In this document: piece after piece, positions 49,414 to 57,383 of the stretch | Position numbering within the stretch: position 1 is the first letter of the stretch | How the letters are laid out: the number at the start of each line of letters is the position of its first letter | DNA from: an uncultured Pseudomonadales bacterium | GTDB taxonomy: Bacteria; Patescibacteriota; Microgenomatia; UBA1400; UBA12028 | Length of the DNA stretch: 64,000 nt | Direction of reading: 5' to 3' | Assembly (NCBI GenBank): GCA_964635905.1 | Contig: CAZWPK010000001.1 | Location: 4,894 to 68,893 of the forward strand | Position numbers and translations under genes: made by a program | The notes under the pieces: model-generated | Database searches by the model: none | The model's input: the letters and a program-made list of their open reading frames with translations, nothing else | What the model was told of the DNA's origin: nothing

Positions 49414-50826
49414 ATGAGTAGTAAGTCCCTTTTTATCTGTCAGAACTGTGGCTATGAATCCCCCAAGTGGGCAGGACAATGTTCCAGCTGTAATCAATGG
49501 AACTCCTTTGTAGAGACAGCAGTGGTGCCATCGAAATCAAAAGGGAGGTCCACATCCCCATCCGCACAACCTGTCATTCGCTTTTCGCAGGTAGATCAAA
49601 ACTCCTATCACCTGCGACGTTTACCTACCCGGATGCAAGAATTCGATCGTGTCTTGGGTGGCGGTATCGTGTTTGGTTCGGTAGTGCTCATCGGTGGGGA
49701 GCCGGGGATTGGTAAGTCTACTCTACTTACTCACTTAACGATAAATACTTTGATCAACCAACCTAAAACAACTGGGGAAAATGACGCTAAAAACGATCAC
49801 AATTCTGTAAGTAATACCGTACTCTATGTGGCTGGAGAGGAAAGTCCGGAACAGATTGCGCTCCGTGTGTCGCGCATGCAAGAAGGTAAAAGCGCAGCCC
49901 GAGACTGGCGTGAGAACTTGTTATTTACCCCCGCAACGGATGTCGATGAGATTGTAGCGACAATTGAGCACGAGCGACCCACTCTGGTGATTGTCGATAG
50001 TATTCAGACACTCTCGACCCAGGATTTGACGGGTGCGACAGGCTCTATCGGGCAACTCAAAGAATGTACCGAGCGACTTACCAGGGTAGCAAAGCGCTTA
50101 CACATCCCCATCTTCCTGGTTGGCCACGTCACCAAAGAGGGCTCGATCGCCGGGCCAAAAGTCCTCGAGCACATGGTCGACGCGGTCTTGGAACTAGCGG
50201 GGGAACGAACCGGGCAGTATCGTACGCTGCGTGCGATTAAAAACCGATTTGGTGCCACTGACGAGGTTGGTATTTTTGTGCATACGGAAGAAGGACTAAT
50301 TGAAGTAACGAACCCCTCGCAGGCATTCCTGGAAGAACGTGTTGAGGGTACTCCCGGATCTGCCATAGTCTGTGTTCTCGAGGGAACGCGACCCGTATTA
50401 GTCGAAGTCCAAGCTTTAGTGATTCGCACCCAATTAGCCATGCCACGTCGAGTCGCTCGAGGAATTGCACTGCCAAAACTGCAAGTCATTTGTGCGGTTC
50501 TTGAGAAATACTGCAATATTCCCTTAGGACAATGTGATGTGTTTGTAAACGTTGCCGGAGGACTGACATTAACAGAACCTGCTGTTGATCTGGGTATCGC
50601 CGTTGCTTGTATTTCCTCTTTTTCCAATACCCCCACTGCAAAGGGCAGTGTCTATGTAGGGGAGGTGGGTCTATTGGGTGAAGTCCGCAATGTTCGCTTT
50701 TTAGAAAAGCGCATGAATGAAAGCAAACGCCTAGGTTTCTCCAAAGTCATTGGTCCGAAAGAAATAAAGACCGTACGCGAGCTTTCCAATCGACTCAAAG
50801 GGAAAGCAGCCCCTCTTCAAGTCTAA
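49414..50826 (+). CDS. radA: DNA repair protein RadA/Sms
   Basis: C4 zinc finger, GGEPGIGKST, KNRFG, Lon-like C-terminus. Confidence 0.96.
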   Translation: MSSKSLFICQNCGYESPKWAGQCSSCNQWNSFVETAVVPSKSKGRSTSPSAQPVIRFSQVDQNSYHLRRLPTRMQEFDRVLGGGIVFGSVVLIGGEPGIGKSTLLTHLTINTLINQPKTTGENDAKNDHNSVSNTVLYVAGEESPEQIALRVSRMQEGKSAARDWRENLLFTPATDVDEIVATIEHERPTLVIVDSIQTLSTQDLTGATGSIGQLKECTERLTRVAKRLHIPIFLVGHVTKEGSIAGPKVLEHMVDAVLELAGERTGQYRTLRAIKNRFGATDEVGIFVHTEEGLIEVTNPSQAFLEERVEGTPGSAIVCVLEGTRPVLVEVQALVIRTQLAMPRRVARGIALPKLQVICAVLEKYCNIPLGQCDVFVNVAGGLTLTEPAVDLGIAVACISSFSNTPTAKGSVYVGEVGLLGEVRNVRFLEKRMNESKRLGFSKVIGPKEIKTVRELSNRLKGKAAPLQV

Positions 50827-50878
50827 CCCACCGTCACTCTGCGGTAATATTCGACCTTTTCCTCTGGAATAATGGAGG

Positions 50879-50993
50879 TTTTCCACAGTTCATGCGACGA
50901 ATGTGCGCATAAGAATCGGCGCCCCACAAACTTACTCACAACAGGGTACATGTTATCCACGTTCTAAACTGGCCCTTGCATTAGTGTGGAAAA
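50879..50993. promoter_or_regulatory. cluster of DnaA-box-like 9-mers
   Basis: TTTTCCACA 50879, TGCGCATAA 50904, TTACTCACA 50932, TTATCCACG 50953, TGTGGAAAA 50985 (0-1 mismatch each to TTWTNCACA). Confidence 0.6.
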
Positions 50994-51072
50994 CTTTGTA
51001 AAAATCAGAGTCAACATCTCGAATACAATTATTACAGGAGAAGTACTCTGTAGTGAAGGAATAGTTATAGGA

Positions 51073-51101
51073 TTGACAAAATCAGAATAAAAAGTTATAC
51101 T
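51073..51101 (+). promoter_or_regulatory. near-consensus sigma70 promoter
   Basis: TTGACA (51073-51078), 17-bp spacer, TATACT (51096-51101). Confidence 0.8.
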
Positions 51102-51107
51102 TGCGTT

Positions 51108-51343
51108 AACGAAATCCTGAGTAGAATTGTAAGAAGTTATAACTCTACTGGAAATAAAAAAACTCTCCACCTGAATAAGGAAGAGAGCATAAAAAAAGCA
51201 TTACTACCGCTGACCTTGGAAGACACGAGTAGCAATGCTTTATAAGTTAAGAATCCTAACCCTATTTATCGTCAACCTAAGGTTGGGTTTCTTGTCTATC
51301 AACGTACCAAACTTTGACATGTAAGTCAAGGGAAGGCAACACT
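51108..51343 (+). ncRNA. candidate structured 5' leader / ncRNA
   Basis: About five consecutive stem-loops between the promoter and the ATG at 51344; no family recognised. Confidence 0.4.
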
Positions 51344-53698
51344 ATGTCACGATCTCACAGAAGCTATGAAAGTACCGCGGCATTAGCAGGCCGAAGAGAT
51401 GTTAATATTAACGCAGTGCTTCAAGCACGCAATCCAAATGAGATGCGTTTTGATGATGTGACGTCTACAGTTATAGTCGAAGGGAAAAAGTATCACTTCC
51501 CACGTTGGATTTTCCTAATATTGATGCTATCCATGGCCGGCTGTTTTCAGCAGGCTGGAGCTTCTCAAGTTCCCACAGAAACACCGGAATTAAGACACGA
51601 ACCCACTGAGACTCTTTCGTTACAATCTCCAACCCCAACAACAAACTTTAATGAACTGTTTGCTCAAGCTACCCAGTCAGCACTCGAAAATCAAAGTGAT
51701 GTTGCAACTGTTGTAGCAGGTGCAACCCAATCGGCATTAGAAACACGACAAGTTTTAGTGAATGATGCCCAGCATGTGTTGGCATCCGAAACACCAGCCG
51801 CAACTCAGGATGGCAGAATTGCCACATTACTAGCCTTAGCTACTGACTTAGAAGGAACTCAATCGGCACAAAACGCTGACCACTCTGCCGATTCCGCATT
51901 AATTGCTGGGGATACAGAAACAGCCACCCCAACGCCGGAAGTAGTTCGCCCTCAGACAGCTTCTCAACAAAGAGAAGCTCCTGTTGTTGCAGAAAATACA
52001 GTTTGGGAAGGTGTGAATTTAGACTCTGATAATCATTCAGCCGAATTCGCTCCTGAAGTGGTTCGTTTCATTCAGGATGAATTTCAGAATCCTACCGCTG
52101 AAGAAGACAATACTTTTATCACAAACTTAACCAATCCTCATGATGAAGATTTAACCCATGGCAATGACCGGATCACTCCAGATAATGAAGATGAGCCTGG
52201 ACTTGGGTTTACTGAGGGAGCAATAGCTCAACTTTCTACCGTAACTGGTGAAGCACGATTACAGATGCCTATTGAAAATGTCTTAGTGGCCAATGGCGCA
52301 GGAACAGGCGAGGTTACAACCTTCTCCATCGGAGCAGCGCATGATCATCAATTCTCATCTTTGATTACTGCTGCAGGAATGGTGTACGAATTACATAAGG
52401 AAGCCATCTTAACCAGCATAAGCGGAGTAGAAGAATTTCAAGACGGCCTTACCGTGGAAGAGTTTTTAACTGATCCGCGTTTTCAATCCTTTAGACCTGA
52501 AATCAATGGAACACGAGCGGATCTTGAAGCAGAATATATTTGTGAAGTTTTACCTCTTTCGGAGGGTGAACAGTTTCGTAGAACGACTACGGATACAGAT
52601 ATCGCCTTTGATGGAAGCAACTGGATGGAAGAAAACGGCTACTCTGCATCTTCCAATCAATGGAACGCGACTATTGTGAGCAATGAGCCTGTTGGAGAAG
52701 ATGTGTCTCGACAAGATCAAGTACAAACACTCCAAGGTGTCGAGTTTAGAGATCAAAATGTGGATCCAGAAAGCACAACTTATACACCAGCAGAAAACCT
52801 GGAATTTCAAAGTGATTTCACTCCGCTTGCCTTTGGAGCAACACTAATTGTTGATGGTCCAGAAAAAGGTGAATCGGATCTTGATGTCTTTTCACTAGGA
52901 ATTTTAAATTCTCCTGATGGTAATCCTATTGAAGGATCGAATTTTGCAGCGATGTTTAATGAGCTGCAACGTTGTGGACGACGTGGTGAAGCTCCAACTG
53001 TGACTCCGACGGAGACGGCGATAGCTCCAACTGGGGAACGAGCCACTGATGTTTCCCCTAGTGATACACCAGTGTTTACGAGTACTGTAGTAGCCTCAAC
53101 TGAAACACCAACCCCAACACGTACCCTAGTTCCAAATACGATTACTCCGGCTCCAACAAACACGCATGACTTTACTCCAGTTCCTAGTCAAATAGCCACA
53201 AGAGGGGTAACTCCAACAGATGTTCCTGTAGAACCATCTGAAACACCAGTGCCAACAAGAACATCTACGACGAGACCGACAAATACGAACACTCCTCGAC
53301 CCACAGCGACCGAGACTCGTTTACCGCCTGCTACGCCAACGGAGAGGCCAACAAATACGGCGACAACCGTTCCTCCAACGGAGACTCCTCGACCTACGGC
53401 AACTCGAACAGCTGTTCCCACAGCGACCGAGACTCGTTTACCGCCTGCTACTCCAACGGAGAGGCCAACGAATACGCCGACAAGGATTCCACCTACGGAG
53501 ACACTACGACCAACAAACACCGCGACAACCGTTCCTCCGACTGAGACCCCTTGGCCAACGGCTACAGTAACGCCGGTTCCTACCGAAGTCCAGCCAACAC
53601 CTACGTTTGCACCGACAAATACGGATGTATTTCCGACGTTGCCTCCAGTCGAGCCAACCCCAGGAGTTACGCCTACAGACATTCCAATCGATGGTTAA
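51344..53698 (+). CDS. large acidic surface (lipo)protein with C-terminal Pro/Thr-rich repeats
   Basis: Internal hydrophobic segment ending LSMAGC; acidic core; about 240-aa P/T-rich tail. Confidence 0.8.
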   Translation: MSRSHRSYESTAALAGRRDVNINAVLQARNPNEMRFDDVTSTVIVEGKKYHFPRWIFLILMLSMAGCFQQAGASQVPTETPELRHEPTETLSLQSPTPTTNFNELFAQATQSALENQSDVATVVAGATQSALETRQVLVNDAQHVLASETPAATQDGRIATLLALATDLEGTQSAQNADHSADSALIAGDTETATPTPEVVRPQTASQQREAPVVAENTVWEGVNLDSDNHSAEFAPEVVRFIQDEFQNPTAEEDNTFITNLTNPHDEDLTHGNDRITPDNEDEPGLGFTEGAIAQLSTVTGEARLQMPIENVLVANGAGTGEVTTFSIGAAHDHQFSSLITAAGMVYELHKEAILTSISGVEEFQDGLTVEEFLTDPRFQSFRPEINGTRADLEAEYICEVLPLSEGEQFRRTTTDTDIAFDGSNWMEENGYSASSNQWNATIVSNEPVGEDVSRQDQVQTLQGVEFRDQNVDPESTTYTPAENLEFQSDFTPLAFGATLIVDGPEKGESDLDVFSLGILNSPDGNPIEGSNFAAMFNELQRCGRRGEAPTVTPTETAIAPTGERATDVSPSDTPVFTSTVVASTETPTPTRTLVPNTITPAPTNTHDFTPVPSQIATRGVTPTDVPVEPSETPVPTRTSTTRPTNTNTPRPTATETRLPPATPTERPTNTATTVPPTETPRPTATRTAVPTATETRLPPATPTERPTNTPTRIPPTETLRPTNTATTVPPTETPWPTATVTPVPTEVQPTPTFAPTNTDVFPTLPPVEPTPGVTPTDIPIDG
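53300..53476 (+). repeat. 60-bp intragenic direct repeat (PTATETRLPPATPTERPTNT twice)
   Basis: 53300-53359 versus 53417-53476, two mismatches. Confidence 0.85.
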
Positions 53699-53712
53699 TA
53701 TAAGGAGAAACT

Positions 53713-55452
53713 ATGAAATTTTTGAATAAATTTAAATTAGCAGTACTCGGAATCTTGGTTTTGATAACCGGATTCGTGTTCCAACCAACATTACTCAAAG
53801 TACTTGCGGACGGAACCACATTTCAAGCATCGCAAATTGTTGACGGTGCAAACATCACTGCTGGTGACACCGCTTTTCATGATCCTATCACCGCAAACAA
53901 AGGAGATGCCGTATCATTACGTCTGAAAGTGGTCAATGAAGGTGATCAAGTTGCAACCAACACTGTGGTTAAATTTGACCTTTCTAATCCTCAACAGCCA
54001 ACCGGATCTGTTGTTGCAAGTAATGCACAAGAGCGATCCGATGTGGCATTAATGACTCCATCCGGAGCTACCTTGCAATTCCAATCCGGAAGTGCAAAGA
54101 AGTTTGGTCCAGGATGTACTAGTGGATGTGTCATTGGTGATGAAATTGTAACTTCAGGTATCTCTTTGGGAAATGTAAACCCAGGAGGAGTCGATAGTTA
54201 CCAAATTCGAATTAAAGTAGTTGTCGTCGGAGATCCAGTCCCATCGGTTGGGAAATTTAAATCTGGAAACATCTTTGATGGTGGTGATCGTACTTTACGA
54301 TTACAAGAATGGGTCGATCCCATCACAGCTAACTCTGGTGATGTTATTGAATTCCGTACAATGGTAGTCAATGAAGGAAATGCAGATATTTCAAACGTAA
54401 AAGTACGTGCTGAACTACCAACTGCTGATTCAATGACACCTACAGCAAAAACTTTTGTCACTGGGGCAAGTGCAGATATGGTTTCCGATACTGCAACTGT
54501 GAACTTGTCTGGAACAAACCCTCAACATCTAGTTTATTTAGCTGGTCATGCTCGAATGTTTGGACCAAGATGTGAAAATGGTTGTGTATTGCCAGATACG
54601 ATTGCGCAAACTGGAATTAACGTAGGAACTGTAAAGCCAGGCACGGCCAATTCCTATCAGGTGTTATTCAAGGCAAGTTTAACGAATAACGTCCGACCGA
54701 CAGCCACACCAACAGCAACGCCTACGGCTACACCGACGGCTACCCCAACTGCCACACCAACAGCAACGCCTACGGCTACACCGACCGCAACTCCAACTGC
54801 CACACCAACAGCAACGCCTACGGCTACACCGACCGCAACTCCAACTGCGACACCAACGGCTACGCCAAGTCCAACACCTACTGCAACACCACTGTTAGTG
54901 TGTAACGCAGTCTGTACGGACAATAACCAGTGTGCCCCAGGATTAGTCTGTTACCAAGATGGCAACACGAAATATTGTCGCCACCCAGATAACTTGGGAA
55001 GTAACAGTTGTGATACCCGTAAAACAGGTGGATTCTTGATCCGTAAGTACCATGACCAAAATGGTGATGGATACCAGAACAACGGTGAAAAAGGACTTTC
55101 ATGGAAGTTCCAATGGGATCAAAACGCGGATAACAACTGGCGCGATTATGAAACCTTTGAGAACTCTCTTGGAGAAGGTGGCGTCGTCACTCTTCCTGAA
55201 GGAACTCAAGTTCGTATTCGAGAAAAAGGCCAAGATGGATGGACAGCAACGACCCCAACAGAAGTCACCATCTACATCAAAAAAGGTGATAACCAGTTGA
55301 TGGTCTTTGGAAACTGGAGAGGAAAGCCACAAGTGCTAGGAACCACAACTGTTTCTACACTGCCAAAAACTGGTGCAACACTGTTCATCGGACTGGCATC
55401 CTCCGCAACCATGGCTTTAGTCGGTGCCTACTTGCACCGCAAAGGTCTATAA
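53713..55452 (+). CDS. LPxTG-anchored surface protein (two DUF11/Ig-like repeats, (PTAT)n stalk, Cys-rich domain, SdrD-B-like domain)
   Basis: Signal peptide; duplicated DPITAN.GD....VVNEG domain; LPKTG followed by a TM helix and HRK tail; SD AAGGAG. Confidence 0.9.
   Translation: MKFLNKFKLAVLGILVLITGFVFQPTLLKVLADGTTFQASQIVDGANITAGDTAFHDPITANKGDAVSLRLKVVNEGDQVATNTVVKFDLSNPQQPTGSVVASNAQERSDVALMTPSGATLQFQSGSAKKFGPGCTSGCVIGDEIVTSGISLGNVNPGGVDSYQIRIKVVVVGDPVPSVGKFKSGNIFDGGDRTLRLQEWVDPITANSGDVIEFRTMVVNEGNADISNVKVRAELPTADSMTPTAKTFVTGASADMVSDTATVNLSGTNPQHLVYLAGHARMFGPRCENGCVLPDTIAQTGINVGTVKPGTANSYQVLFKASLTNNVRPTATPTATPTATPTATPTATPTATPTATPTATPTATPTATPTATPTATPTATPTATPSPTPTATPLLVCNAVCTDNNQCAPGLVCYQDGNTKYCRHPDNLGSNSCDTRKTGGFLIRKYHDQNGDGYQNNGEKGLSWKFQWDQNADNNWRDYETFENSLGEGGVVTLPEGTQVRIREKGQDGWTATTPTEVTIYIKKGDNQLMVFGNWRGKPQVLGTTTVSTLPKTGATLFIGLASSATMALVGAYLHRKGL
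54697..54864 (+). repeat. tandem repeat encoding (PTAT)x14, with a 48-bp higher-order unit
   Basis: 48-bp units start at 54703, 54751 and 54799. Confidence 0.92.
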
Positions 55453-55470
55453 CAATTGACGTACAACAAG

Positions 55471-55498
55471 CAGGGCGTCTCTAACCCGAGACGCCCTG
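55471..55498. terminator. GC-rich hairpin (terminator or mRNA-stabilising element)
   Basis: CAGGGCGTCTC-taaccc-GAGACGCCCTG; lacks a U tract on the + strand. Confidence 0.55.
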
Positions 55499-55528
55499 GT
55501 TGAAAACAACAACTAGACATACTGCCCT

Positions 55529-57331
55529 ATGTCGAAAACTCATACAACCCTTCCACTTTCTGCAGTTATTTTTGATCGAACCCAAAAAGGGATTCCCGAT
55601 GTTCCAGTGTTTGCCTCTGCCTTAAAACAGAAGGTCAATACTGCAACCATTCCAACCCCCGCCTTATCACTCGGTGCGCAAGCCATTTTGGCTCGGGCTG
55701 GCCTTGTGGATGCAGTTTCTAACGATTCTACCAACGTACGAATACAGCCTGTGGCAACGATACCAACGGTGGTGTCTACATTGTGTGCAGATCCGGTCAG
55801 AGGGCAGACTACCGGATTTGCACCGAGTGTAGAGCCTGTTTCTGTGCCCAATCAAACTCCTCCAACCGCAATTCCCGCGTTTGTAGAAGTGGTAACTACC
55901 CCTACACCACAAGCTGTCCAGAGCAACGCGACAGTCCCGGTCACACGATCCGCTTTTTTCGCGGAAGACCCAACGCTCGTTCGCTGGAATGCAGGGGATA
56001 CCAATAAACTCCATGAGTATCTGCAAGTGCTAACAAGTGGGGTGGCACAAGAAGTCGAGACCTTTAGTCCTCCCGTGTTCCCACGGATCTCTATTCCTTC
56101 CATGGAATCGGAGTTATTGGCAACAGAGCATCACGCTGGAATTATTGAGCGTGTCATCATCCCGCAAGTTCCGCTTACCGTTGCCGATCGCCTAGAGCCC
56201 GCAACAATCTTCTTGCGTTCACACTTCTGGAAGCTTGTCCGGCAGTTGCATAAACTTTCCGATCATTTGCCAGAACTTCGAGGTGAAGTAGAGACAACTC
56301 TAGCAAGACTCTGGACTCAGCTTCACGCATATCTTGAGACCATCCCAAAGCTTTCGCAGCAGTTTTTCTACACGGTGGGTAAATCCACTTGGGTATGGAC
56401 GCGTGATGCCGCAACGAAAGTAACAGGGAAGCTTGGGGGTGGTGTCCATTCCATCCCACACCCATCGATTCCATCAATCAACATCTCGGAGTGGAAGGAG
56501 GTTGTTGGCTCGAAAGCACGAACACTGATTGTTCCCACTCCAACGCTTACCTTGCCAACCGTTCCAGAATTTCCGGTCAAACTTGGGTCGGTCAAAAGCG
56601 CACTGTTAACGACGCTTGAAGCATTACGAACCCGATTATCAACGGTGATGCATCAGATTCGAACACGCGTTTCGGGGATAAAGCTAGAATCCTTTTCCCA
56701 TCTCTTGAGTCGAACGCTGATCGCAACCTCCCTTGTGATGATGCTGTTGACCGTCGGCCCCATGGTGGCATTGGAAGCAAATTCTTGGAAACAAAAAATT
56801 ATCTATTCGTTGACACCCAAAGCTACGGAGCAGGAGAGTGCACCAGTTCCGTCGGTTACTCCTACACCTAATCCTGAACCGGACAAACAGTTCCAGATTC
56901 TAATACCTAAACTAGGGGTGAATTCCAGAATTATCGCGAATGTTAATCCAGCAGTAGAAAAAGAATACACCCAAGCATTACAGCAAGGTGTTGCTCATGC
57001 AGCGGGGACAGGACTTCCAGGGGAAGAGAACACGCATAACCGTACAATCTTTGTCTTTGGACATTCGACCAATGGAAGTTGGAATGTGGCTCGATATAAT
57101 GCACTCTTCTATTCCTTAAAAGACCTCATTATTGGAGATAGCATCAAAGTTTGGTTCTGGGGCAAAGAATTTGATTACACCGTCAAGGAACGCAAGATTG
57201 TCGAACCTAATGATGTGTCCTTTTTACAGCCTCAGACGGACAAAGAGCGCTTAATCCTCCAGACATGTTGGCCTCCAGGAACCACCTGGAAGCGACTGAT
57301 TGTGGTAGCAGAACCAAGCTCACAAAACTAA
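55529..57331 (+). CDS. sortase with long N-terminal extension
   Basis: IPKLGV, GVAH, FVFGHS (His), LILQTCWPPG (Cys), KRLIVVAE (Arg); TM segment near residue 400. Confidence 0.9.
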   Translation: MSKTHTTLPLSAVIFDRTQKGIPDVPVFASALKQKVNTATIPTPALSLGAQAILARAGLVDAVSNDSTNVRIQPVATIPTVVSTLCADPVRGQTTGFAPSVEPVSVPNQTPPTAIPAFVEVVTTPTPQAVQSNATVPVTRSAFFAEDPTLVRWNAGDTNKLHEYLQVLTSGVAQEVETFSPPVFPRISIPSMESELLATEHHAGIIERVIIPQVPLTVADRLEPATIFLRSHFWKLVRQLHKLSDHLPELRGEVETTLARLWTQLHAYLETIPKLSQQFFYTVGKSTWVWTRDAATKVTGKLGGGVHSIPHPSIPSINISEWKEVVGSKARTLIVPTPTLTLPTVPEFPVKLGSVKSALLTTLEALRTRLSTVMHQIRTRVSGIKLESFSHLLSRTLIATSLVMMLLTVGPMVALEANSWKQKIIYSLTPKATEQESAPVPSVTPTPNPEPDKQFQILIPKLGVNSRIIANVNPAVEKEYTQALQQGVAHAAGTGLPGEENTHNRTIFVFGHSTNGSWNVARYNALFYSLKDLIIGDSIKVWFWGKEFDYTVKERKIVEPNDVSFLQPQTDKERLILQTCWPPGTTWKRLIVVAEPSSQN

Positions 57332-57383
57332 TCCGCATTGCCATTCTCTTTTTTTTCTACCAAAGCCTTGGTACTATCAACGC

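Noticed and set aside
49836-49849. GAGGAAAGTCCGG resembles the RNase P RNA 5' conserved motif
   Set aside because: It lies in-frame within radA (G-E-E-S-P), and no matching 3' P4 strand was seen
50004-50636. 210-aa minus-strand ORF and many other 60-150 aa overlapping ORFs in the track
   Set aside because: Antisense or alternate-frame to well-supported genes, with no motifs or translation signals
53100-54900. Repeats considered as a possible CRISPR array
   Set aside because: They are in-frame coding tandem repeats without unique spacers, and no cas genes are present
54657-54923. Minus-strand ORF of (GVAV)n, and a similar one at 53188-53682
   Set aside because: Antisense shadows of the Pro/Thr repeats on the + strand
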